A DNA stretch of 64,000 bases from Balanoglossus misakiensis. Lineage: Eukaryota > Animalia > Hemichordata. The stretch covers positions 1,167,882-1,231,881 of the forward strand of contig CM082591.2 of the NCBI GenBank assembly GCA_040954595.2, in the 5' to 3' direction. Below the pieces are notes generated by a model. The model had not been told where the DNA came from. It was given only the letters and a program-made list of their open reading frames with translations, and ran no database searches. Position 1 is the first letter of the stretch; every line of letters starts with the position of its first letter. Of this stretch, positions 51,529-64,000 are shown in pieces. The translations under genes were made by a program, and so were the position numbers.

Positions 51529-52449
51529 ATGAGTGGAGTTGATGGCGACGGTTTCTTTTTAGATGGCTTCTATTTCGCCAACACCCATTACAACATGAAA
51601 CCCCTCAAAGACCGGGTCATCGACCAAGCATGGGATATGAGGGACAGTGATATCATTGTCAGCACTTTCCCTCGATCTGGTACTCTATGGATGATCAAAG
51701 CTGTATTGGAAATCTGTGAGGACACACACTGGAAGCTACCTGGTACAAATAAATTAGTGAGGCTGGGTTATGTCTATGAGAAAACAGATGAATTCATGCC
51801 TGGTGTGTATGCTGAACAGGTTAGAACCGTCAAGAAGTTCTTGCGTGAGATCCCATCTCCGAGGTTGTTCGCCTGCCACATGGGTGTCCCCTTCTTCCAC
51901 TCCAACTGGCGAGAAGGCAACAGAAAATGTAAAATCATAGTCGTTACAAGAAACCCGAAGGATGTTTGCGTGTCTTGGTATCAATTCTGCCAGTGGTCGC
52001 CTCTGGGACGGAAGAAACTGACGTGGGACCAGTGGGTGAAGGACTTCGTTGATGGTCAAGTTTGGTTCGGTCCATGGTTGGAACATGCAACAGGTTGGCA
52101 TCAACATGGCCTTCAAGACAACGTTCTTCACGTTGCATATGAAGACATGAAGGCAGATATGAAGTCTGTGGTGTTGAAAGTTGGCGAATTTTTGGGCAAG
52201 CCTCTGAATGAAGAGAAACTACAGCGTGTCCTCGACAACTGCAGCATGGAGGCGATGAAAAGAGACGGCGTTGACCAGGAAATGTGGTGTTCATCTGACA
52301 GCGAAATCTGGCCGAAGGACGCCCAATACATACGGAAGGGGAAAACAGGAAATTGGAAAGATCATTTCACCGTGGCACAGAACGAATACTTTGATAACAA
52401 GATCACTGCAGAAGCAAATAAAAGAGGCCTTAAAATCAAATATTTATAA
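51529..52449 (+). CDS. Cytosolic sulfotransferase (SULT family), copy 2, intronless
   Basis: Same motifs ('TFPRSGTLW', 'RNPKDVCVSWY', 'RKGKTGNWKDHFTVAQNE'); clear tandem paralog of copy 1. Confidence 0.93.
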   Translation: MSGVDGDGFFLDGFYFANTHYNMKPLKDRVIDQAWDMRDSDIIVSTFPRSGTLWMIKAVLEICEDTHWKLPGTNKLVRLGYVYEKTDEFMPGVYAEQVRTVKKFLREIPSPRLFACHMGVPFFHSNWREGNRKCKIIVVTRNPKDVCVSWYQFCQWSPLGRKKLTWDQWVKDFVDGQVWFGPWLEHATGWHQHGLQDNVLHVAYEDMKADMKSVVLKVGEFLGKPLNEEKLQRVLDNCSMEAMKRDGVDQEMWCSSDSEIWPKDAQYIRKGKTGNWKDHFTVAQNEYFDNKITAEANKRGLKIKYL

Positions 52450-52465
52450 TTCTTTCAGGTTTTTG

Positions 52466-52644
52466 TGTGAGTTGGTTTAGAGTAGATAATTTGGACATTG
52501 TGAGTTAGTTTAGAGTAGATAATTTGGACATTGTGAGTTAGTTTAGAGTAGATAATTTGGACATTGTGAGTTAGTTTAGAGTAGAAAATTTGGACATTGT
52601 GAGTTAGTTTAGAGTAGATAATTTGGACATTGTGAGTTAGTTTA
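52466..52644. repeat. 33-bp minisatellite, about 5.4 copies
   Basis: gtgagttagtttagagtagataatttggacatt repeated immediately after the SULT copy 2 stop. Confidence 0.95.
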
Positions 52645-55600
52645 GAGTAGATAATTTGGACATTTGATTTGCTGCTTTTCAATGGTTCGGGGATTTTAGG
52701 GGTTTACGAATGTCTTGCACCAATGGAAATTGGTTTCTCGTACGTACTTTATTCAATCACGGTCAGTCTACGTGGACTTATACTGGTGAGATTATAACAT
52801 CTTTGTTATTTGGCTGAAATGTTGACGGTTTTCCTGGAATATCTAATGGTACTTTTTTGTTAGTTATAATTAAAGGATAAATCTCTTCACTTCCAAAAGT
52901 TCCCCTGCAGGTATTAGGCTGAAGTGAAGTCTGAACCAGAATTCAATTTAAACAATAGCAATGCTGAGTTCAACCGTCGATATTTTTGAAGTGACATTTG
53001 GTTTACAGTTTATTAGAAAGAAGTGTTCCCTTTGCAGTGATCAGTGCGCCATTTTAATCAATTTCTATTTTTAAATAGTCATCGCTATATTTTATTAAAT
53101 TTGCAATGGGAGTCCATTCTTTTGCTGACATGTTTGAGACATGTCTAGGAACCGGACTTAAATCCAAAATTTTAAAATGCAGCGACCTTTGGCTAAAATG
53201 CGTGCTATCAAAATGTAGTATCAAAAAAGTATTAGTTCTGGTTGTCAGGAGGTATGAGTATAGTTCATCATATGGCATGCAGGACTATTTCTGCTCAATG
53301 AGTAACAACTCAGTAGATGAAAGAGGGCCACAATTATGCCTAGTACGCCACCAACGTTGATATAGGTTAAATTTGTGTCATGTTTTCATCGTCTCCATAG
53401 TGCGTTTGTATTTCCAATCTTTACTTGCCGCTCATAGTTGTAGTAAAATTGAATGTGTCAGTTCTTGCGCGTTGTAGTTGCAAACTATAGTCAACGATTT
53501 ATTGACTAGTTCACTCTCCTTACTAGAAGATGATGCAGATTCTTCACCCCATACCGCCTTCTCATTGATCGGTGGTTGGTCTGCAAGTCGATTAGTGTAC
53601 AACACTCTGATCAATTCTACAGTTACGTGGTGTAAATCTAAATTACCAACAACGACCAGGATTTCACTTTAACACACTCTATAACCTTGAAACTTGTTTG
53701 CAGTGTGTTATCCTTTTGTTTGAAAGAATGCCTAGTTCCTATATGTCTGAGAAATAGATTTTGATCCTTGGAGACATCTTAGAGACAAGAGAGCTAGGTT
53801 ATGGACAGTGCCTTTTGAAACTGTTCCCCTAAAAAAACGCACAATATAGGTTAACAATGCAATGACAGCCTTACGAGTTTTCTTGGTGTTCCCTTTAACA
53901 CGTATAGCGTTCTCTGATACTGATCTTTCTGACATTCGTAGAATTTTCCAATTATTGGTCGTAAGTGGCTCTTCTTCAGATTTTCACGTTCCTCCAAAAG
54001 AATTTCGCCTCTCCTCCGTGCATTATTAAGTCCAAATACAATGGCATATACCCTGTGCACTTCCAACCCCCTGCAATTACCCCTGTCCCACACACCAGGT
54101 TTTGTCATTAACACACTTCCACATGAGAACTGTGTGGCTGATATGTGCCGAAAGTTGCATGCTGCCCACCACATTTTCCCCATGGTGCATGTATCCTACA
54201 TAAACAACTAAAGGTCGCATATGCAATTAGAAAATTTTGGAACAGTGAGCTTGCTGGTCATCTTAAAGCTCGTCTGGTACATACATCCAAATTTCTGGCA
54301 TAATATCCAAATGGCATTAAGTTAATGAATCAATAAGACGATTAAAGCCACGAACAGTTTCCATTTGATCAAAACCCTGACGGCTAGTGAAATAACACCC
54401 AAAGACAGTAGTAGTCCCAAGATATCTTTTCTTTCTGCAACTGAAAAAAATATTTTTTATCTTCTCATTCTTGGACAAAACCTCCTTCTCAAGGTGAACA
54501 TTTATAACCAAAACTAATGATACACTAGAATCATAAATGACAGTCAAAGAAAATCAATCTACTTCACTCCTCCCAATTTACAGAAACTAAGCCAACATAT
54601 TAACTTCATTGTGGTCGATGAGATTCTAAAGTGTGCTAATTATAGTCTCATATTGCACCCGCTAAGCACAGCGTCAAATTTTATTCAAGAACACAATTTG
54701 AGATTAATGTTCATCTTTCACTGAGTAAGTGCACTCATATCTGTCGTGAATTGAAAACTTAAAGTTTTATAATATACCGGTAGATATTAGATGATCAATG
54801 TTAAAGTTTGTTTATGATCTCAACGCAGGTTGTGATGGCGCTCGCAAAATAACAAACTGCCAGCTTGTATACATGACCGTGAAGATGTTATCGGTTCTAC
54901 GTTTTGTCTGCTGAATCTTGACATTTCAGGCACGCTGTAGCAAAACTCTTTCCATGCACAATTGTCTTGTCAGATGCACATGCCCTAAAGATATTATAAA
55001 TATGGCCAATATGGAGTTGCCTGTTAGTTGTCACTGGCACACACTAATCATGATGTCCACGGATAGAAGGATAATCTATGATAGGGCTAATTTCCACTAC
55101 CTTGAAAGTTTTTTCCTACCTAGACTAATGATAAAAATCATAGTTGTCGACACTCATTTCTTCTAGTCAGCTATACTTCATAACTCGCCCACACCATTCT
55201 TATCATGAGTATTTCTCAAGCTTGCTTTTCTCGAAAGAGTTCTCCTCTATAACCCTTTCACCCCCTGTTCCGTGTTTAGAGGTCCAACCTTACCATGGAA
55301 ACAATGGATCTGGACTGAACCATGGTGGTGAAAGAGGTAAAAGGTGTCTCATGATCGCGTACAGAGTAGATTCAAATGTATCGACACACACTTAGTATAC
55401 ACATACTTGTACTCTTAGCACACCCACCACACATGCACGAGCACTCATTGGCACACAGCGGATCTGACGCTACTTTGTGTGAACATATAATGGTTGACAC
55501 AGAATTGGTTCAACTAGGGCAACTGTGATCAATATTCTGATTGAAATCGATAATAATAGAACGTGTCAAATGTGGTGACCCTTGATGCTGTATCAAATGA

Positions 55601-56317
55601 ATGCCTGAGACATACAACACATTTAAGAATACCGGAGTCTGAATTATGTTAGTTTCTTGTATTCCGTGAAATAAAAATGGCGTGAAATTACTAGAAATGT
55701 GATATAGAAATGGTGTTTGTGTTGATTATGTCCATTCTTTGGTTTTTGGTGCGTAAAATGCATATACTTCAGTGCTGATCAGGGTACAATATCTTGTCTG
55801 TTTGTACGTTTGGTGCTCTGATGTCTGAATTGAAATGGTGCATTGATTGATTGTGGCAATACAGTCCTTTTCCTGATTGCATGATTCGTATCGGGTTTCT
55901 CACAAAGAATGCGGCATTTCTGAGATTTCAATGATAGGCATGTCGAACTGAATGATCGGCGCTTCAAGACTGAGATGTGTCTTGTCAACCAGCAAGCCTG
56001 TTGAATCATCTTCAATGATATTCCATCAGAAACCAGCAGTACATGTACTTTGACACACCAAGAGCTACAACCTTACTAATCCGCCAGTGCTTTCCCATGT
56101 TACCATATTAATGTAAACCACCTGGGGTGTCAATTGTTAGCACCAATCAATGCAATGGGTTTGTGTACTGTTTTCTCATGCATATTTAGTGACTTATCTA
56201 ACCCATCGAGAGCATGTAATGCATTGTGGGAACAGTGTGGGGACTCTTAGTCAGCTCAAGGAGGGTTGTGACATAGAGAGCAACAAGATATCAGAGGTTT
56301 GAGGAAGAGAGGCTATG

Positions 56318-57998
56318 ATGTCAATGTTGTTTGAAAAGGGAAGAAGAGTATGAGTTAGATTTGGTTGGAATGAGGTGGTCAATGTTGTGTGAAAAGGGAA
56401 GGAGATTATTAGTAAGATTTGGTTGGAATGAGGTGGTCAGTGTTGTTTGAAAAGGGAAGAAGATTATTAGTTAGATTTGGTTGGAATGAGGTGGTCAGTG
56501 TTGTTTGAAAAGGGAAGAAGATTATTAGTTAGATTTGGTTGGAATGTGGTGGTCAGTGTTGTTTGAAAAGGGAAGAAGATTATTAGTTAGATTTGGTTGG
56601 AATGAGGTGGTCAGTGTTGTTTGAAAAGTGAAGAAGATTATTAGTTAGATTTGGTTGGAATGTGGTGGTCAATGTTGTTTGAAAGGGAAGAAGATTATTA
56701 GTTAGATTTGGTTGGAATGAGGTGGTCAATGTTGTTTGAAAGGGAAGAAGATTATTAGTTAGATTTGGTTGGAATGAGGTGGTCAATGTTGTTTGAAAAG
56801 GGAAGAAGATTATTAGTTAGATTTGGTTGGAATGTGGTGGTCAGTGTTGTTTGAAAAGGGAAGAAGATTATTAGTTAGATTTGGTTGGAATGAGGTGGTC
56901 AGTGTTGTTTGAAAAGGGAAGAAGATTATTAGTTAGATTTGGTTGGAATGTGGTGGTCAGTGTTGTTTGAAAAGGGAAGAAGATTATTAGTTAGATTTGG
57001 TTGGAATGAGGTGGTCAGTGTTGTTTGAAAAGGGAAGAAGATTATTAGTTAGATTTGGTTGGAATGAGGTGGTCAGTGTTGTTTGAAAAGGGAAGAAGAT
57101 TATTAGTTAGATTTGGTTGGAATGTGGTGGTCAGTGTTGTTTGAAAAGGGAAGAAGATTATTAGTTAGATTTGGTTGGAATGAGGTGGTCAGTGTTGTTT
57201 GAAAAGGGAAGAAGATTATTTGTTAGATTTGGTTGGAATGAGGTGGTCAGTGTTGTTTGAAAGGGAAGAAGATTATTAGTTAGATTTGGTTGGAATGAGG
57301 TGGTCAATGTTGTTTGAAAGGGAAGAAGATTATTAGTTAGATTTGGTTGGAATGAGGTGGTCAATGTTGTTTGAAAAGGGAAGAAGATTATTAGTTAGAT
57401 TTGGTTGGAATGAGGTGGTCAGTGTTGTTTGAAAAGGGAAGAAGATTATTAGTTAGATTTGGTTGGAATGTGGTGGTCAGTGTTGTTTGAAAAGGGAAGA
57501 AGATTATTAGTTAGATTTGGTTGGAATGAGGTGGTCAGTGTTGTTTGAAAAGGGAAGAAGATTATTTGTTAGATTTGGTTGGAATGAGGTGGTCAGTGTT
57601 GTTTGAAAAGGGAAGAAGATTATTAGTTAGATTTGGTTGGAATGTGGTGGTCAGTGTTGTTTGAAAAGGGAAGAAGATTATTAGTTAGATTTGGTTGGAA
57701 TGAGGTGGTCAATGTTGTTTGAAAAGGGAAGAAGATTATTAGTTAGATTTGGTTGGAATGAGGTGGTCAATGTTGTTTGAAAAGGGAAGAAGATTATTAG
57801 TTAGATTTGGTTGGAATGAGGTGGTCAATGTTGTTTGAAAAGGGAAGAAGATTATAAGTTAGATTTGGTTGGAATGAGGTGGTCAATGTTGTTTGAAAAG
57901 GGAAGAAGATTATTAGTTTAGATTTGGTTGGAATGAGGTGGTCAATGTTGTTTGAAAAGGGAAGAAGATTATTAGTTAGATTTGGTTGGAATGAGGTG
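56318..57998. repeat. 58-bp tandem satellite array, about 29 copies
   Basis: Unit gaggtggtca(g/a)tgttgtttgaaaagggaagaagattattagttagatttggttggaat, with a few 57-bp variants and a degenerate left edge. Confidence 0.97.
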
Positions 57999-60900
57999 AT
58001 TCTGTTTTATTGGAAGATAATTTCTTTGATCACCAGCTTGCTGTATTGAAAATAAATTACAAGAGAATGCCAGTGGTGAATCATGGTTTAGTAAGTGTGT
58101 CGGAATGGTTATATATTTCGAGTTGGAAAATAAATCAATGTTTGAATGAATTTCTCAACATTTTAGATAGTCATGAGAGTGTAGTTTCAGAATCATTGTA
58201 CATTGGGTGACAATGTCTAACATTAATATTAATTTCAGCCCAGGCTGGCCCTCACAGCACATGTACAGAATAATTCATGGTGCATGGATTTTTCTTTTGA
58301 AATCGATTTTCAATCTTCGCGAAGTTGAGGTCAGGCTTGTGATTACCCATGTCAAGAATTGATGCTTGCTTGATTTGATGCGTTAGTCCAAGTAACTCTG
58401 GATCGCTAAGTCTTTATCTTGGTGTAGCCATTTCCCAAGAAAGGAAATTTAGTTCAAGTATGGCTTATATAACTGTGGTAAAGTTTAGTATATGCGTAAC
58501 TCCTACGACTTCCGCTCATACATTTACTAACTGTGGTATAAGCATAATGCTTTATTACCATATGACATCCCTTCCTGAGGACAATGGCATAATGTAAGCC
58601 TTATAAAAACAGCATCACAATCATGCGAAAAGCTATACCTAGAAATGATCCTTCTGGACTTGAACAAATACTTCAAAAGAAATTCTGACGTGGTTGATTT
58701 CCGGTCACGTGTCTTTTGTTTTCAGAATGAATACAGGTGATTGAAGTATGTGTTTTTAAATACTTAGTAACTCTTCTTGGAAGAGTACCGGTATAAGATT
58801 ATCAAATTCAGGACAAAAGGGGCATATTGGCGATGTGACAATGAGACACCCCAAGTCAATGCATATAAACGATTAGGACATAGTGTTGGTTCTGAATGTT
58901 TTTCTTATAAGAATCTAGGGAGATAAATGGAAGTATGGATATTGGGTAAGAAAATTAATTTTATAATCAGCAGACGAAAGTCAATACTCTCGAATAATCA
59001 ATTTTGGATAACGCGCGAAAAAAACATACAATGCATTTTTTGTCAGTGCTGACGTGGACAAATATTGAGTTTCGCGCGCGTCTCATGTTTATTCGATGCT
59101 CTTCTCGAACCAGTGACGTCTTAAAGCTGTTCATTCAATCAATGATGAAAATGGCAAAAGGCTGCTGGTTATCTACCAACAAATATTCCACCAAAACAAG
59201 CACAAGGCAGCGGAAACGATTATTCGGAGTACGTCATCTACCGGAACATGGCGTGGATTGTCATAATATCCTATTGTTGACGTCAGAGTCAACATTTTGT
59301 GGGTAGATGTCACGGGTTATTACGTCACATCTCTTTGCTGTTTACATCCCATCATGGCAACATGGTAATATGCATGTCTGTATGTCTGTCGGTTTCCTAC
59401 AGATACACTGTATTGTCTAACACTCGACGCAGGCTAATTGAAATTTGTCAACAATAATATTCAGTAATTGTGGAGTCTTACAAGCATTGATGATGTGATA
59501 TGCAATTAGCTTTTTTGTGAGTGAAAAAAGTCTCCAAACTTGCTTATAATACAAGTGTATCAAGTCGATTCTGTTTCATAACTTCCACTCTTTCTGTAAA
59601 ATATAGTACAGTCCCCGGGCATGTTAACACGTGACTGTAACTCAACCCGTTTTATGTGTATCATAATCACTCTGCCATTGTTAATGACCTCTCCCCTTTG
59701 ACCTTTACCCCATAAACAGCAAAGGCGCACATGCGCAACCTTTCATTCCGTTGGCACTTAAATATCTCAAAACCCTGGTTATACCTAACAGTAGCACGCA
59801 GTCACCATCTAATGATCGTTTTGTCATTTTATCGACATGTTAGCTCTAAATGTCAAGCACTCAACAATATGTTCAGGAACTCCTGAGCTTCATGTCCTTA
59901 TTCTGGAAAGACGTGTACTTGTTGATCTACGAAGGACGTTTGAGACAGACATGTTGTCGCCATTCAGACATAGGAAGAAAGTCCCAAATTTGTACACGCG
60001 TGGTAATCTATGAACTGCCCTGGAATTCGAACTCCAAACATATACACGCTCGCGTGATATCCCCATAAGTCAAGGACAACAGTTAATAGGTCTTTGTATT
60101 AAAACGTGAGTTTGCGGTAAAACAAAGTCCACTGGTGAATATTCTTGCATGGAGGGAAGTTAGACCCACAGACAAGGAGAATGTGATTGCGCTTGCGTGA
60201 GATAAAAACTACTTCACAAGGACCTACAACGACTCTAAGTCTGCTTGGCTCATTCGCCGCACCGTTTAATTAGTTTGGTTAGAGTTCCAAAATAACTGCG
60301 GGAGAAAAGCAGAAAGCTGCCTTCCAACATTTCCTGGCCAATTTAGCATACATAGTTTGTTCGTAGCAAGGACGTGATCGACCCGAATTGTCATCTAACG
60401 CAAAGATGGGATAATCTCGCCAGAACGATAATCCTGCGAAGATGCGATTTGAGACAAGATAGAAATAGGAATCAAATAGCTGGCAATATTTCGGATACAA
60501 CAATCCTGTCGACGCTTCTAATCTCCCTGGGGTAGTTTCTAAGCAGGCAATGAGTCACGCGAGACTTTGAACGTGACCCTTCCAAGTCTCGCCTCAACAA
60601 AGTCACTGCACACGAATCAATATAGATTCTTGAAAAACCCGAGTCCTCTACATGTGGGGATTGTATTGATGGCCCCACAATCATCCTATAGGTGCATTTT
60701 ATTCCCATTATGATGAGAAAATAAGGTGATTACCTACGAAAAAAATAAGGGACAATCGAAATTTCAATCTCCTCCGGTGATGGGAAGGGAATAGATAATA
60801 AGATTTTCCAATAATCGCACAAACGTGCGTGCTATTCGTGGTAGAGAAGACTGACATAGTCTATATCGTTAAAGAACTACTGTTTAATTGTAAGATGTAC

Positions 60901-61429
60901 CAAATATATACTGGATAGAGAGAGAGACAGAGAGAGAAAGAAAGACAGAGGCAGACAGAGACACGGACAGAACATACCCCATGAAAGGAAGTGTGAAAGC
61001 GAAAGTAATATTCCAAATTTTAAATTCTTCAAAATATACATATTATTCACTTCATTTTAGCAACGGACAAAATGCATTTATTTCTTAACCACGGATTCAA
61101 CAAAATGTACAACCGCTGAAAATCAACAACAAACGAGTAGATATCATAAATATCAAGCGTCAAAAATACAGCTGGTTTGATATTTTTTCAGGGTTGTCAG
61201 AAAGACTGTGTAAAAATGTCAGGCAAATTGTGTCTTGCTGACGTTAAGTTGGACTCAAATAAAATACATATACAATGAATAATTGATACATTAAAACAAT
61301 GAGAAGTTTCAATATAATTTAAATATTTCTGTAACGTTGAAGTTTAATTTGGTCAAGCATACTACATCTAAATATATAAACATTTCTCTGTTAGTCATTA
61401 TGCTTGTCTTTGACTTGCTGGCGAGGTTG

Positions 61430-61494
61430 TCATGGAAACTGTAGGACCACGCTCTGGACGACGAAGAACTCGTCTTTGCTGATGAATCCGTCAC
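61430..61494 (-). CDS. Probable terminal exon encoding part of an EF-hand; upstream exons not identified
   Basis: Long pyrimidine tract and TAG acceptor, then (G)GT GAC GGA... = 'GDGFISKDEFFVVQSVVLQFP*', matching EF-loop positions 4-13. Confidence 0.45.
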
Positions 61495-64000
61495 CTACAA
61501 AGTGAGAAGAGATAATAGAGAAAAATTGTGATGAGCATTTTGCAGAAATTGCCGGCAAATGAGGATCAAGCGAGAATGGAAAGAGCTGGGCCGTGTCAGT
61601 GGGGGCCCGGCCATCATCGCGTAGGCCTGAGAAGAGAACATGACTCGCACAAAGACAGGCTAATATCTAAAGGTCTACCCTTCCAGCAGTTGCAAATTAT
61701 ACACGTCCCTGCAAATTTCACATCAAAGTATGCGAGGCTTGGTGAGTTCCATCTCTGGGCACACCAGCTAAGCGAGCGTGTTCAGACACTTAATCTTAAC
61801 GTGTGCGCGTGCCCCGGATTCAATTTGCCAAACTAATGCTATTCCTCCGGACACACAATCACCAAAAATTCCTGTGTGAAAATTTCTTTCCCCATTTAAA
61901 TTTCATGGATTTAAGGAGATAAAGTCACCCTCTTTGAATTTGAATTAAATATGCCTGTGAGAGAGCAACATATATAAATAACTAACGCGATGTCATTTAC
62001 ACTAGACCCATGCACATGATTACATAATAAAAATGGCAGTGAAATGTCACGAAAAAGGTCGCACAATAGGTTATGTTCCCTTGATAAGAAATAAATCAAT
62101 ATCCCATAATATACTCTGCCAGGGGGCATCTGGTGTTGATGTTTTTGTCTATGAATTTTGTTTTCTGTGCGCGTCAATACTATACTAATTACAGTGACTG
62201 TAGAAAGAGATATTTGTATTGACATATTGGATAAGAATCACCATGTTCTGCCGATATGTAATGTTTATAAAGTCAGAGAGAGTCGAGAATACTATTTCCA
62301 TGAAAGGCCAATTGATTTTAATGATCTTAAATTAGAATTGCCTTTAGATGAATATTCAGTCTCAAAACAAATATGGCGTCTTTATGTGGCTTTTTCTGCT
62401 CATTTTGCACCCCTTTTAAATTCTGAATTAAATTATTCAAAAGCAAAACAAACAAGTAATTATAGAGCTGCATACATATATATATATCAGTGAACATGGT
62501 CATCTTGCACTGATCAGTTGTGAATGTTTTCTGTTCAGCTATGACGCGTTATTTCGACTTTCAGTGCAATCCGAACCAATAAAACAATAACACGTAGCAA
62601 ACGATGCCCACACAAGCCGACACAAAGATATAGATGCAAGTTCGATGTGAAACATCTGTTTAGGGTCAGGTGAAGATTTAATATGAAAGGATTTGGTGAT
62701 AATGAGAATGATTCCTTCCGATTAGATAAAATGCTGGCAATCGTGACCTGACGATAGAAACAAGTTGAATGTGTTCATCTCCTACTGTTACTTTACACCA
62801 TCTTGCAAGTACCGCATTGACATTTCCATTTATAATCGATGCGATGGACTGGGGAAAAATCAATGCCATTAACAATGTGACACTGGGTGACGCGTCGCTT
62901 AGGTTTGAGATAAACAAGCTGGGTGCCTGGCTTCGTGAAAATACAGGGCTGTGCTGTGATTCTGTGCAAACAGACAAAAGTCACTCTCGCAAGGAAAAGC
63001 GGCTCTACGCTCAAACCCGTTTTCATCTCACAATAACAAGGCAGGCACCTTTATCTTAACAATGACAATCAAATGTGTGAAAAATTAATCACATGTCACG
63101 TTTGACTTTGAAAAAACATGTTTGGGCTCAGACTCCAAGTATGTATAATTTCAGAAAGGGTCTCATCCATGGTAGTCAAACCAGACGCATATTCATGAGA
63201 CATGAGGAGTGCGTAAATTCCAAATGTAGCCAGATTTATAACACGTTCAAAGCGATATCAATTTAAATATGCAAATAATGCATGGAATCTATTTGCATAA
63301 AACATGCTATTCAAATCTCTTTCACATCACATATTATTCAAAATGGAAGAAGAAAATACAGACAGAGTCTCATTAGAGGGGAGAATGTTTATTCGCTTCT
63401 GTGTTGATATCACTTCCAAAATCTGCAGCTCATTACGGATGGAAAATACTGCTTTATCGAGGGAGAGGCTTACAGAATGCTGCGGGTATCTTTCTATCAA
63501 CGTTTCGCTCTATCAATTAACCGTGCCTTAGAAAAGATCATGCATAAACGTGTATCACTCGCGGTTATGTTTGAATTTTCGCAGCCGAATAAAAGAACAA
63601 ATGACGTTTTACAAGATTTCTGCAAAGTCGGTCCACGTGGAGAAACATGAATCTTTTTGAAAGGTGCCGCATTGCAATGTAGCAGTTAACAAGTGCTTGG
63701 CGACCCAGGCCTGGAAAGGTCATTTCAATTTGATTATGAAACAGATTGATATGAAATTGTTACAAGACACGCCAATGAATAGAAATTCGTCAATCAATTT
63801 TTAAACCCACAGGAATTTCTCATCTCCTTTTGAAATCGGGTCTTAAATAAAACTTTACAAAGTTCGATACTCAAATGCCATCAGGCAAAGTTTTGCCATT
63901 TCCTGTTGAATTTTTTACGTCCTCTTCCTTAGTACTACTGCAAGTTCCAGTTTGAAAGATGGTCTACATATGGTTTTACTTGGAATGAAAACAAGGAATA

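Noticed and set aside
52455-52682. ORF with repeating NVQIIYSKLTH
   Set aside because: Translation of the 33-bp minisatellite; no coding evidence.
53400-54550. Cluster of short minus-strand ORFs, possible decayed transposon
   Set aside because: No recognisable transposase, RT or integrase motifs, and no terminal repeats.
56318-57998. CRISPR-like regular array and repeat ORFs (MTTSFQPNLTNN...)
   Set aside because: Units are contiguous with no unique spacers, there are no cas genes, and the context is eukaryotic. The ORFs are by-products of the satellite.

Overview
Gene-dense eukaryotic (animal) genomic DNA with short GT-AG introns. The gene set and repeat types suggest a marine invertebrate deuterostome such as a hemichordate; this is inference. 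Left to right: a head-to-head pair of SRSF3/7-family splicing-factor genes (RRM + CCHC zinc knuckle + RS), each with a candidate NMD poison exon after the knuckle exon; ATG13 (-) head-to-head with AMBRA1 (+); a type II membrane protein made only of seven LDLa modules; RPL27A (-), hosting a SNORD57-like C/D snoRNA and a perfect 191-bp foldback MITE; a single-CRD TNF-receptor-like gene with PxQxT and PDZ-type motifs; KRR1; NDUFA9; TXNL4A; an SLC24/NCKX-like exchanger lacking key ion-binding residues; two tandem intronless sulfotransferases; 33-bp and 58-bp tandem arrays; and an orphan EF-hand exon. Interspersed are a ~90-bp TTAA-flanked MITE family and a dimeric Helentron-associated (HINE-like) element in ATG13. 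Exon boundaries were read by eye and no database searches were run.
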